This document shows, piece by piece, positions 27,822 through 41,371 of a stretch of 64,000 nucleotides of DNA. The notes beneath the pieces are model-generated. The model was not told the DNA's origin, made no database searches, and saw only the letters and a program-made list of their open reading frames with translations. The position numbers and the translations under genes are program-made. Every line of letters starts with the position of its first letter. Positions within the stretch are counted from its first letter, which is position 1. Source of the stretch: Eledone cirrhosa (Eukaryota); the NCBI GenBank assembly GCA_964016885.1, contig OZ024740.1, positions 64,542,001 through 64,606,000 on the forward strand, read 5' to 3'.

Positions 27822-30544
27822 AGAAATATTTTAAAGGGTCTTTCAGTAATTACTATGAAACATTTTACTTTTATTTCGAATAGAGACATTAGCACGAAAA
27901 TCGAATGCCTGAAAAAAGATCTAACAATCGTAGAGCAGACATCGCTATTGTTGCAATAACACGGAAGTATTTTGTATTTGCCTTGAGAAGCTTTTTGTTT
28001 GTCATGGTCATGCATAAAATGAAGATTATCGTGCAATTTGAGGAAATCAAAAGGAGAAAGCCCCTTCATTACGGTATAAATCTAACGTTTTCCAATCAAT
28101 ATATCAGCACCTTTAAGCTAGATGTTACTATATATGTGCATGGGTGTTTTGGACTAAAGCTATTGGTTGTATTATCAGAAAAGTGTCAATAATAGTATAC
28201 TTATCAATTTTGTACATTCCTCTGCAAAATTGCATTCACAAATATTTGCTCAACGCGATACTCTTGTAGAGAAATGTGTCCAAGATGATCCAGCGTAGAA
28301 TCGATCTTGGACCGATACTTGCATCTGTTCAGTTTTCAAAGTATATCTGAATTATCTAATTTTGCAATAATAACATTGCAATGAGGATCTGCCATTAACA
28401 GTTCCAGTTAATTAGTTATTTAAGAATAGTCTACAATTAATTATTTAGGAAACACGTTTCATTATCTTCTGGCAAGGTGTCACTTTGCGCATCTGTTATG
28501 AACACAAGCGATAATTGGTTCTATGATAACTACTGCCACTTGATAGACGTGTGAATAATTCTTCTGTGTAGTGAAAATTATTCTATAGGATATGTCTATT
28601 AAATATGGTACATCCTTTTCAAACAATCATGCTATGAAAATGAAGGATGCACACAAAACCGCAAATATACTTTGTTAAACTACACTATCCTGTGAAAGAA
28701 AAAGGAAGGTCAAATTGGATAATATAATCGTTGATAACTTACTCATGTTAAAAAGGTAGTGGTATATGATAAAAGGAAACTTCAGCATAGACAGACCTAT
28801 CAACCAAAAACGCCAAGAAAAAAACAACATATCAGTCGTGAATATGATCCCTTGACTAAGGTAATGCTAGTTTAATTCCCTAACAACGTTCAAATCGCGA
28901 AAGATATCGGAAATGTCATTGACATAAAAAATTACCTAATCTTTTCGGCATGTCTATTTATCAACTTAATCACACATAGACGATAGATAATATATTTAGT
29001 TTAGTGCAATTATTCACTCTTTATATATGTCCACGAAATTGTTTGAAGATACATTCCAAGTAACAAATCATTAAATTTGAAAGACAATTGTTTGGAAACG
29101 CTAATGTTTTGTCTCATGGAACAAAGCTGTGTAAAGTAAATTTACAATTCCCAGTAGAAACGCTAAGTGTTTAGAATACGAATCCTGGAAAATAAACATT
29201 ATTTCATCGGAGAGTATAATCAATCACTTTGGAGTAATAATTGTTTCATACAATAGGTTGCCTTAATGAGATTTCTCCCACGCATTGCAGCATTTATTTA
29301 AGCTATCAGTGAAAATTTCAAAGTAACATCTATGCCAAAATGCTGTTTTAAAATGACTTGTTCTTTTATGTTAATGATTGCTCGTTCTTAAAATAATTTA
29401 AAACATATGACAGAAACTATCAATTTTCTTCCTACCATGATTCTTTTATACGTCTCAGATCATAGCGCAGAATTATTAAGGTCAGTTTTTGTGTATTCCC
29501 CTGTATAAAACCCTGTCTGAAGGGAGATAAATAATCGAAATGATATATTTGATATGTGTTGGATCTGAAAGCAATTTTCCACTATGAAATTTTGCTGAGT
29601 TATCGAACGTATTTAACTAATGAAGATGACTGTTTTATTCTTTAACGCGGAAGTCAGATTATCTGCAAATGAATAGTATTTTAAAAGTTTCAGTAATCAT
29701 TTCGAATCCAGGAAAATCAATAATTTTCCTAATGAATCCAAGGAACAACTAATAAAAGTAACGGATAAGAACAAAATAGAAAGAACATCAAAACAGCTAT
29801 TGAATTATTATTTTATTACATTTTAGAACGCTGCCTACGTTTAGCATCTAAATTAAACAATCTCTTCACGGTGATTATAGCGAATGGCATTGAGTGGCAC
29901 ATAAAATATTGTTTTCGTGGGAACAGTTTAAAAGAAAGAATATTACATAAATGTAACTATTATTGAATTAACCTTCTGCCTCTAAATCATTGAAAGCCCG
30001 AACCACCTAAAATTTCATTTAGCAGAAAGAAGCAATAAAGTAATTATTTGATAGATGACTATCATCAGATTATTGCCGTAGGATATATTAAACAAGATAG
30101 GACCAGCACTAATTTAATTTATGATGAAAATATTATAAAAAAATAATCTTTTTTATTTTTTATTTTTCAGACTGTCAATCTTGCAAGGTCATTTATATGA
30201 GAAGTGACGGCTAAGTACTTCACATAGAACTACACATATATTGAAAAAAAAAATAGATCTCAGAATTGTTCTGAGAATCATAAATTATATTGAACGTTAA
30301 TGAAAAGGTCTCAATTCATTAAACTATTCATCTTTTCCTGCTTATAAAAGGTTTAGTTTTATTACTGCGGCGCTGGGGGTAAACGCGCAAATTAAACATT
30401 GCCACAAAATAACCCTATTGTATTTACTTAATCTTATATCACGATTTATGTAAAATAACGCAGTTGATTACAGGATTCTGATCGGCCAATAATTTTTATA
30501 ATTGTACACCTGATGCTGCAAGTAACCAGAGAGCGTTTGTAATT

Positions 30545-30840
30545 CAGTGTACTTCGTTGAGTCTGAGCAAGTTTTGTTTGTGGCCGATCAACAATCGCCC
30601 ATGCATACAAGTCTTCCCTCTCCATGCCACCAATGTTGTCCAAAGGAAAGGCAAAGGCAAAGCCCGATACAGCTTGAAATCAGTGACGTCGCAACTCATT
30701 TCTGCAGCTGAGTAAACTGGAGCAACGTGAATAAAAGTGTCTTGCTCAAGGACACAACGCATCACCAGGTCCGAGATCGAACACCCAACCCCTCAATTGC
30801 AAGCCCAACGCTCTATCCCCGAAGCCATGTACCTTCACAA
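30545..30840 (-). mobile_element. tRNA-derived SINE (CORE-like domain)
   Basis: Homologous to 35372-35710. Confidence 0.8.
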
Positions 30841-31652
30841 ATATGTCTAAACCGATAATATTAATATGATAAAGCAGCGGATTGGTAGAGTCGTTAGTTT
30901 CGGATTAAATACCTCTTATTTGATTCGACACTCTCCATTTTTAGTTCTAACCCTGTCGAGATTAACCTCACTTTTCATCATTTTGGGATGTATTAAATAT
31001 AGTTTTAATTAAATGTACATTAGTTAATTCTATTGTACACACCCTTAAGATTCCCATAGCTTAAAAGACTTTCAGCATTGTTTCGTCCCTTGAACAAAAA
31101 CAAAAACAACACTACATATATGTTCCAACAGAATAACATCTTCTATGATAACTTTGAATCTCATTCTCCTCCCAATCTACACCAAATGCACAGGATTAGG
31201 GGTGGTATAGGCATCGAAAGGCTACATTGGCTACCATCACCCACAACTACAACAGCTGCCAGAAAGCTTCTACTGGGCTACTGAATTGTTTAACAATAGC
31301 TACCAACACACACTAATATCAAACCATGCCTTTTAAAACAGGAATCGATCCTATCGACTAAGTGTCATTAGTTACTTCCAAAAAGATAAGAGGATCACGG
31401 CTGGAAGTCTTTTCATCATAAGTCTGCACATTCAACGTTGATATATGGTTAACGACAAATATATCATCCCTTTCAACAATACCTGCACCAGCACCACCGT
31501 CAACCTACAATAATCAGTGACATACATTTAAACAGAAAAGGACATAAGTATGATGAACATTTACCATATTATGAATATAATGAAGTATTTATTGTGAAAC
31601 CCATTAACATGGTAACGAAAAATAATCGTGCGAGAAAGAAAAACATTATTAT

Positions 31653-31832
31653 TGGCAGTATCGGTAGAGGGTCGGACATGCTTTCCAGCATAGTTACGTC
31701 CCTTTACGATCTGAGTTCAATTCCTGCCGAGGTTAACTTTGCCTTTCATCCTTACGGGGTCGGTCGATAAAATAAAGTACCAGTAATGTATTGGGATAAT
31801 TTCTGGTCTTGTGCCAAAAGTAGAAACAATTA
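31653..31832 (+). mobile_element. tRNA-derived SINE
   Basis: tggcagtatcggtag A box, gagttcaattcc B box; same family as 48524. Confidence 0.8.
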
Positions 31833-31959
31833 TTATATGAAGACTAGAGTAGATCAATTGGCACATGGGTTAGCGCCCTGTATTATGTGTTCTGATTCCT
31901 TTCACTTTTAAGGAGTCGATAAAATAAAGTACCAGTAATGCACTGAGGTCGCACACTTA

Positions 31960-33950
31960 TTCCTGAGAGAGCCGTGGGAGCAAATACCTCAAACAATCTT
32001 TCCAGCGGATCCTGTCAGAAGCAACCGACTCCAACTGATCCGGCTGGATCCCCAAGCATGACCAGCCGAGCTCATAGATGTTACCCAACCATCTTACTCG
32101 GGGTCTACACCAGGTTTTCTGCCAGTTGGTTTTGCCCGTAAAATATGTCCAACGATTCTTTCCTGTAACATTCTAATCACATGCCTGTAACATCGGAGCT
32201 TTGATCTCTCAATTCGGAGATGTAGAGGGTCTACCTGAAGTGACTCTTACCATTGAGCTACTCACTCTATCGAGTAACGTTACTCCATGGCCTCCTTGGA
32301 GGAACCCCATTTTGGCAGTTTGTATTCGCAATCGTATTCTTTCAATAATTACCCAAGATTCATGACCATAGGTCGGAGTTGGCCAGAATACCGAATTGAA
32401 GATATCAAGTGTGGACCTGCCAGTTTTGTGCGCTTCTTAGAATTTAGGTAGTCTCAAGCTGCAGATACCTAGAAGATGATCAGTTGATAGCTCAGCCCAT
32501 CTCTTAACATGAATATCCAGCACAGAATGAAAGAGATCAGAATAAATAACAAAATAATTTGATTTACCTTTGTCCCTGATTTCCCTTATTCCATGTATAT
32601 TTATGGATCTCTTTGTACTGAAAGAATGTGTACCTAATAGAGGGTCCGTTGCTACAACATAAGTCTAATAAGGTTACCTCTCCATTCATATTTAGGTAGG
32701 GATTGGCGTTGCTTCAATTCACTCATTTCCATGTTAGTTGGTCCCTGCCAACATGTGCATTGAAGTCTCCCATCAGGATAGTTACATTCATTTTGAGCGA
32801 AGTTAATTTTTAGTGAAGTCATTCTGAGCAAGTTATTTTGAGCGAAACATTAAGAGCGAACGATAATTTCAGTGAAGATTAATTTTAAGCAAAATATATA
32901 CTATCGTACATTTGGAGGTAATATATGTGAACTAATGAAGAAGAATTAAAAACATTGTTGAATCAAGAGATTTAGAAATTACAGAATATCTTAGACACCT
33001 TGGCGACAACATTACTTTTTGAAATTTTTCTCTTTCTAGAATTAATTCTTTCGATTTTAAACGTTGTGAATTTTTAGTTCTTTCTACCATAAAATGTGTC
33101 GAATTGAAATTTTTTTTCTTTACCCGTTATAAAGGTGTAATCATTTGTACAAAAAATTGTAGATTTTTAGTAAATATTTATTTTTATCAACTTCGCTCAA
33201 AGCGTCTTTAAAAAAACAGTTTGAAGTTCACTCAAACAGACATCGCTTAATAGGTATCGCTCAAAATGCACATCATTTTAACTTTGCTCAATTTGACTTC
33301 GCTCAAACGACTGGACACACACCAGGATATATTATTCAGGCTTAACAACATCTAACGCTGCAGTGACTTCATCCAGGAAGGTCTCTATTAGGACTCATTG
33401 TTTGGTGCCTACACTTGCACCATTCTCAGATACCTATCTTTCACCCGCAGCTTCAAGAGGCAACTCATCCCTGCTAATAATTTTCAGTCCGTAACACATT
33501 CTGATAGATGGGGGTTTGTGAGTAACCCCACGCCCACTTGTGCGGTGATTTCTTGCGCTTCATCTGGTGAATTTCCATTCTTCATCCAAATCTACAGTAC
33601 CAGAGCCACAGAACTTTGTTGACGAAACCCCGACTATATCAAGCCGGTAGCATGAAGCCTCCTCCACTAGTTCTTGCTCCTTATTTTCTAAAGGTAGTGA
33701 TGTTCCAGGTACCAATTGTCATGGTTTTCTCCCTTTCAAACCCTCTTTGGGGTCTCGGGATACGCAATTTTGTGCATCTACCCCACACCTCCCATGACAG
33801 ATCGCAGTTTTTTCCCTTGCTAACCTGCACGAAGTACGCTTTTACAAACCTCTCAGCATATTGCAGTTTTGGTGACTTATTCGTCGCAGTCACCAATCTG
33901 GTACATTCTCAAACACACGATGACTAGGTCTTTTTAGAGGTGGCCTTTAC
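31960..33950 (-). mobile_element. Internally deleted, decayed RTE-type LINE (APE domain plus 3' end)
   Basis: Minus strand: IGTWNI..GVGLL..VQV*APN..MGDFNAHVG..NG..LLDLC (APE motifs); C-terminal RW..W..W pattern at 31960-32200. Confidence 0.8.
32781..33322. mobile_element. MITE inserted in the RTE APE domain
   Basis: Degenerate TIRs (..tttgagcgaagt / acttcgctcaaa..), subterminal tgagcgaa repeats, flanking duplication caggata; removing it restores ..YILMGDFN. Confidence 0.75.
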
Positions 33951-35371
33951 TCGCCTCGTCATAGCTACATTACTGGTTGTGAGAGTTTTCTTCGTTGCTA
34001 GAGGTGTTACCCATTGCTTCCTCTTCAACGCTGTTAGTCCGTCGTTGCTTATTCATCTAACAGATGCCCGTTTATATCGCAACTAACCTTTACATCTATT
34101 GTTGCATTCCTATCCAACACCTGCGATCTGTTCTCCAGCAGAACAGCTCTGCCTAGAATCAACATTTATTATCATGGCTCCGCGCAGCAATGGATCAGAA
34201 TACGGCGGTTTCGATTATATTTGACCTCTTAAATGTAGCATAAAACTCTTTGTATTTTCGCTAATTAGGAATGAGTGTCACTAAGTAAATGTATAATATT
34301 TAGCGATAGATTATGCACAAACTGCAGTTGCATGAAAACTAATTGTGACGTTAGTATTACCATACGCAATGTATTACTCATTTGGAAAACAATTAGAAAC
34401 AGTTATATGATAAGAAGAAGACGATGTTATTCAATGACATTTAATTAAAATAACATTAGACATTGACTGACATCGTCATCCCATCTACGCCTACGTAATT
34501 ATTCTTAATGAATTTTAATGCTCACTATTGTTTTCATGCTGCTTTTATACGACACCGAAACAATGATTAGGAACCTTATGATGATAACAATATTTCAGTG
34601 CACGAGATGTGGCTTAAACAGGGATAGAAACCAGCTCAACCGCTAATATCACCACCAACACTAATACAAATTCTAACATAGATAACAACACGAACAACAC
34701 AAAGGTTAACGTTACCAACAGGATTACTACCAACGACAACCACAAGAACGTGACCGGCAACACAACCAATATCACCAGCAATACCAAAACAACCAATACA
34801 AAATCCAGCATCAACAACACCAATGAGGACGAAAGCACCAACAACAAAACACTGTCAACATCAAGGATATTAGTCAGAAAACCACTATTACAACCCCATT
34901 TAACACAACTATAGTACTTTTATATATAACCTTCGTCGAATTACAACTCATTAACATCAGTTATCTTATTTGGCTGAATTGTTAACGTTACACTAGCTAA
35001 GGTACGTAATGTAGTTGGATTATAGCTGGATGATTAAGAAATTCAGCCCGCAAAATTAGGTTTCGAGTTTACTCCCATTGTATTCCCAGAAAATATTTTT
35101 TACTATTCTAACTGAAATTGAATAGATGGAATGAAGCTGCTCAGAAGCCCATCGGATTAATTCCAATAAGTTTTAGGAAAACACTTTGAATTCTCCTTAC
35201 ATTAAGTGTAAACATATGCCTGGAGTACTCAAGCATTTAACGTGTAGGACGTTCTCTTGATTAAACAAGTGGGAGTTTCATTCACAAAACCAATGGCGGT
35301 CCCTTTAAAGATAGCTAATATGCCAAATGCCTCTCGCTTTGGATAATATTTAATACTCATACTATATTATA

Positions 35372-35710
35372 TGAAGGCGCATGGTTTAGTGGTTAGTGCA
35401 TCGGGCTTACAAACGTCAGGTTGTGAGTTCGATTTTTGGACCGGGCTTTGCGTTGTGTTCTTGAACAAAACACTTTATTTCACGTTGCTCCAGTTTATTC
35501 AGTTGTAGAAATGAGTTGCGACGTCACGGGTGCCAAGCTGCATCGGCCTTTTCCTTTCCCCTGGGCAACATTGGTGGCGTTGAAAGGGGAGACTAGTATG
35601 CATGGGCAACTTCTAGTCTTCCACAAACATCAAAGCCCGGACTTGTGCTTCGGAAGGGAACTTTCTAGGTGAAAATCCCATGGTCATTTGTGACCGAAGA
35701 GGGTCTTTAC
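35372..35710 (+). mobile_element. tRNA-derived SINE (CORE-like domain)
   Basis: tggtttagtgg A box, gagttcgatt B box, then gttgtgttcttgaacaaaacactt. Confidence 0.8.
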
Positions 35711-35913
35711 TTTATCATGTTCCTTTCGACACAAGTAACCCTAAATTCAAAATAAAACAGACACAATAAAAACGAATACACTTAATATGTTAATTCTTAT
35801 CTTATGTATAGAAATGATTCTTTATATAGTAAATATTTTCATTCTCAACTAACGTATTACATATCTCATTTAACTGGTTATTTCCTAATCCTATTCTGAG
35901 TACCATCCTTAAT

Positions 35914-36004
<91 letters not shown>

Positions 36005-36083
36005 GGTAAACAGACATAACAACACTATCGTTACAGTATATGGATGGATATATTAGGTTAACGCTTGAAATAGCAGGAAGAGT

Positions 36084-36120
36084 GTCTTAACGTTTCGGAC
36101 GCTAGTCCTTCATCAGAGGA
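36084..36120 (-). ncRNA. Minimal hammerhead motif in a short pLTR remnant
   Basis: ct-CTGATGA-aggac-tagc-gtcc-GAAA-cgt-TA-ag; aacgtt palindrome; very short stem I. Confidence 0.7.
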
Positions 36121-36352
36121 AAGAATGAGAAATTAGAAAGATTGAAGGGAGAGGCGGAGCGGAATTGGAAAAAAATGTTTTTAGAGAAAAATAACAGGTC
36201 CATTCATGTTGCCATCTCTTGGAAAAATGTTTATGTTGGCGTTTTGTATATGATATACTTTTTAAGAAAAGTGGATGATGGAACGCGTCTACCAGAAACG
36301 AAAAAAAAAACGTTTTGTATATAGAGCTATACGTGTGCGCGTGCGTATGTGT

Positions 36353-36385
<33 letters not shown>

Positions 36386-36428
36386 TACACACACACACAC
36401 AGACACACACACACACACACACACACTC

Positions 36429-36495
<67 letters not shown>

Positions 36496-37039
36496 AAACC
36501 CTTTTCTTAACTGATTATTTCCAGTTATTAACAGAAATTATATAACACGAAACTGCAGAGTTCCATTAAAAGAGAGAAATCAATAAATCTATTACTGCGT
36601 CTTCACTTTAAATGTTATTTCCAGCAAATTAAGATCCATACTACATGTATACATTCTGAATATTTTACACAATTATCAAGAGTTGAATTTACGCTGACGA
36701 TTTGAACAATTAAATAAATGTGTTTATCAACAAAACAAAATGTCAAATACTCCCTTCTGTACTACATATCAAGTGACTGTATGATGCTGGTGACGATATC
36801 AATGGGAAATTTTACTATCAAAGCTTTATGCCTGACAAGTTAATCTGTACTACAAATAAAGAGGACTGTTTGAAAATACTTATGTCTATCCTCATTAATT
36901 TCCAAACTCCATATCTAAGTGAATATTTCCAGTTTGGGGTAACAAGTCAACCAAACAATTATGAAATATAAATAACTAAATTTGATGAAAGTGCTACGAT
37001 ATCGTTGATGACAATAATAAATTGTTCACTTACACTTGG

Positions 37040-37850
37040 TAGGTTTGATGCCGTGTGCTCCATGGCTGGAAAACTGAGATACACACCTGCGCAGTGAACG
37101 GGTGTTCCACTGAAGCAGGCGCAGAAGTTCAGTATCACGGGGAAGTGTTCACGAAAGATGGACGGCAGTGGGCTGAATTAAGTGCAAACATTTCAGGAGC
37201 TTGAGCATTAACGTGCCAGCTTCAGCATTCCGAAATTAGAAGGAAGGTGGGTGTAAAAGCAAAACTCGCTATCTTCAATACAGTATTCGTGCCAACTCTT
37301 GGGAGGATCCAGCAGGATCAGCTGGAGACGGCTACTTCTGACAGGACACACTGGAAGTAGCTTTTAAGAACTCAGCTTCCATGACCATCTCAAGAAGAAT
37401 AAGGAGAAAAGAAGAAAAGAAGAAGAAAAGAAGAAGAAAAGAAGAAAGGAAGAAGAAAAGAAGAAACAGGAAAAAAAGAAAAAGAAAAAAAAGAAGAAAA
37501 AAAGAAAAAGAAGAAAAAGAAGAAAAAGAGAAAGAAGAAAAAGAAAAAGAAAAAAAAGAAGAAAAAAGAAAAAAAGAAAAAAAGAAAAAAAGAAAAAAAG
37601 AAAGAAAGAAAAAAAGAAAAAAAAAGAAAAAAAGAAAAAAAGAAATAAAGAAAAGAAGAAAAAAAAAGAAAAAAAGAAAAAAAGAAAAAAAGAAATAAAG
37701 AAAAGAAGAAAAAAGAAAAAAAGAGAAAAAGAGAAAAAAAGAAAAGAAAAATGAAGAAGAAAAAGAAAAAGAAAAAAAAAAAAAAAGAAAAAAAAAAAAA
37801 AAAAAAAAAAAAAAGAAAAAAATAGAAAAAGAAAAAAAGAAAGAAGAAGA
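37040..37850 (+). mobile_element. RTE-type LINE 3' fragment with expanded A/G-rich tail
   Basis: ggatccagcaggatcagctggag matches the RTE 3' ends at 19700 and 32030; polypurine tail at ~37392-37850. Confidence 0.7.
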
Positions 37851-38078
37851 CTTACATTATTGCAATATTGTATTTTAATTCAAAGATCACAAGGCTTTAG
37901 GGTGGGGTAGGAGGATACAGCTACGTTGACCAATTTTGTGAATGTAAATATACTTGGATTCGCTGGTCAATATCTAATATCTTGCTCACACATAAATACA
38001 CGCATTCACTGGGCAGTAGCGATTGAATTCAGTGAAATTTGACTGATACTTCTAACAGGTTTAGTGGCTCGGTTGGCG

Positions 38079-38130
<52 letters not shown>

Positions 38131-38164
38131 TATAGACTCTATACGTCAAAGCATGCTAGTATAT

Positions 38165-38545
38165 ATAATTGTTTCTACTATTGGCACAAGGACAAGGCCA
38201 TCAATTAACCAGTATATTACTGGTACTTTATTTTATCGATCCCGTAAGGATGAAAGGCAAAGTTAACCTCGGCGGGATTTGAACTTAGAATGGCAAGGGC
38301 CGTAACACTATGCGTCGAAGTAAGGCATCCGACTCTCTACCGATACTGCCAATTCACCGCCTAGTATACATAATGATTTCTACTATAGGCACAACGTCAG
38401 CAATTTTGGGGGAGGGGAAAAGTCGATTAAATCGATCCCTGTCATTCCTGGTTTTTTATGATATCGACCTCGTAAAGACGAAAAGCAAAGCTAACCTAGT
38501 TGGAATTCGAACTTACAACGTAAAGGGCCGTAACTCTATGTCACA
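38165..38545 (-). mobile_element. Two tandem tRNA-derived SINE copies
   Basis: Reverse complement of the 48524 family. Confidence 0.8.
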
Positions 38546-39390
38546 AGGATATTTCTATTAATTGGAATATTACTGTTGCTGCGGGTGTCCAGATTATTTA
38601 AAGAGTTTGACGTGTAATACCGCTTAAATAATTGTAAATGCTTAACATAAATTAATTCCAATATATACACCCGCCAATAATATTTGGATAATTAATTGTC
38701 TACTTTATAAAACACCGGTTATACTCATTAAATTACCCCTTTTAGCTTCTGAGATAATATTTTGAAAAACGTAAATATTTGTTTATATTAATACTAATAT
38801 ACACTTCTCGTATATAATTAAATATTATCGATTATCTAATAACTAATATAGTAGATAGAACATATCTGTAACACCTGAAGCATTAAAATGTATATATATT
38901 CACTGCGTATAATTTAATGATTCATTGTGTAACCTTAAGTCTGCAGTAAATATATTTTAACCCTCATAAAACCGTTGGATTGCTTCAGATAACTATGAAT
39001 ATTGCGTTGTTAAAATTTTATATATTCAAATTCATTTTAGGAAATCGTTTAATACAAATGATACCATTTTTTAAAATACAAACTTCAATTCAATTTAAGA
39101 AATACAACTAACACTATATTTTTTCGCACTACGATGTTTTTTGTAACAATATTGCTAAGTAAACCTTTATCTTGATACATTAATGAGTTATATATATATA
39201 TTGTCTGTTCTATTTTTTCTTGAGTGACTTGTATTAGCATTTTAATTAAACACTAATGACACCCCCAGTTATACTCATTAATGACAAATTGTTAAATAAA
39301 ATAATTTGCTATGTGTATCACCGTGGGAAGAAACAATTGTCAGTAATTAAATACCTTGGACTCTTACATTCCTTGGTTTGTAAACAAATT

Positions 39391-39465
<75 letters not shown>

Positions 39466-40350
39466 CATATGGAGGGGTTTATATGTATACAGTATTATTA
39501 ATTAATAAGAAAGATTCAAATATGAAAGATTGTTTAAATATTTCCATATTTCTGATATATATGTATATTTTAAAGTCACGTTCGCCAAGCTAGGTGGCAC
39601 CACCTATCAATGCAAACAAATAATATTCCAGAAACCATCCTGCCTGAGGGAACTATGTATAAGAAAATGCTATGTTTTTGTCATTACATTTGGATGGTAC
39701 CCGTCGTATATTGTTAGACCCGGGAATGTTACTGATTCGGTTGGATAGATTCATATTATATATAAATATAGTAAAATAAAAAATATATAATATTTATTTA
39801 TACATATTATATCTATTATTTATTATATATAAATTAACGATTTTATTTATTATATATTATTTACAATGTGCGTGTATGCAGGTTTCTCTGGATATAGGGG
39901 TGTGGGTGCTGAAGGTATTAAGTGGCAGTGAGGGGTAGTCACCCAAAAGGTTTGGGAACCTCTGGTCTAGTGTATAACGATTTATTGCTGACCTATATTC
40001 AATTTTCGTACGGCTGATATATTTTTTCGTTAGTTACAAACGTGTTTCTGTATCTGTAGACATAGATATGAATTAGATCTACTTTACTGTTACGATTTGT
40101 GATACATTAAAATATAGCTCTAGGTTTGTATCGGTAAATGACCACGTATTGTAGCTCAGGTTATTGCCATTGACGAGATATCTGATATTTATGCATCGTT
40201 GAGTTGTGAATTTCGAGTAATTTATGCAACAAATACTAAGGCCATATTCCAAACTAGATTTAATATTTGTTGCATTAAAGAAAAATCGAGATGTGCCTGT
40301 GGTTATTTACATGAGAATCAGAAGATGTGTTTCAGTGAATCTCTTACTAA

Positions 40351-40728
40351 CATCTCCCAACGTATTTACTGTGTTTTCAAAAGCAATGCTTTTGAAAACA
40401 CAGTAAACACATTGGGAGATGCATGTAAGTAATATGCATGTAAGTGATATGCATGTAAGTGATATGCATGTAAGTAAATATTCTCTTTATCTGATATTTT
40501 GTAACTAACCTTACATAGATCAGTAACGGAGTATAGCTACAATGTATTATAATCACCTAGAAATGATCGTAAAGCAGTGAAGTATATCGCTAATGATGTG
40601 ATTTTTTATTTAATTGTTTTAACTTATATCATGACTCCTGTTTTCCTTTTAATGTTTTGTTTCAACATATGGATTACATCGAGTTCTTCATGCAGAATAG
40701 ATAGACCCCACAACTTACTGTGGATACC

Positions 40729-40732
<4 letters not shown>
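40351..40732 (+). mobile_element. PLE pLTR fragment with fold-back 5' end and decayed HHR (40384-40579)
   Basis: Homologous to 49035-49360 (inverted); caatgctt-TTGAAAA..GAAA-tgatcg-TA-aagcagtg; terminal ggattacatcgagttcttca. Confidence 0.7.
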
Positions 40733-40821
<89 letters not shown>

Positions 40822-40824
<3 letters not shown>

Positions 40825-41297
40825 TGGTTACACAACAGTTAGTTCACCATACCGAGAACAATCCGCTTTTTTTGATTTTAAGGAGTTAAACCACTTAATT
40901 ACGGAGTCGCTGTTCTCCCACTGGGACAGGTTGGACTTGGTCCTAATGGTCTTAACTATGTTTCTAAGTATGGCCTTACTGACAAGTCCCATATCTGTGC
41001 GTGTCGGGTTTATTAGTCTACATGTGGGGTTAGAAGTAAAGTCTACCTTGCGAGCTTTCAGGGTGAGGAACGCCTCCCGCTTAGCTAGAGATTGTAGCTT
41101 CCTATCTACCTTAAAGGGGGCGGAAAGTTCCTTGGCTTCTGTATTAATGTCGTGGTATTAATTACGAGCTGAGGATCCGCTAATGTGAAATAATTGTTCT
41201 CGGTATGGTGAACTAACTGCTGTGTAACCACTTCTACCTAACTCGTCCCATGGACTGAGTTCTCTACTACTACAGATATTACCTTCCAGTGTTATAC

Positions 41298-41300
<3 letters not shown>
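40822..41300 (+). mobile_element. Short hairpin pLTR element with decayed HHR (41163-41205)
   Basis: 40822-40862 is inverted to 41190-41233; same family as 60730-60820; (TA)n on both sides. Confidence 0.7.

Positions 41301-41371
<71 letters not shown>

Noticed and set aside
28270-28320. DRFYA peptide suggesting a GPCR DRY motif
   Set aside because: The DNA looks like a decayed SINE head; no preceding TM3.
30149-30195. Strong-looking splice acceptor (T-rich..tttcag)
   Set aside because: No convincing donor or coding exon follows; cannot be supported without transcripts.
34614-34920. Hydrophobic 77-aa ORF
   Set aside because: Antisense of an (AAC/ACC)-rich degenerate trinucleotide tract.
37381-37698. 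Lys/Arg/Glu-rich 105-aa ORF (protamine-like)
   Set aside because: Translation of the polypurine LINE tail.
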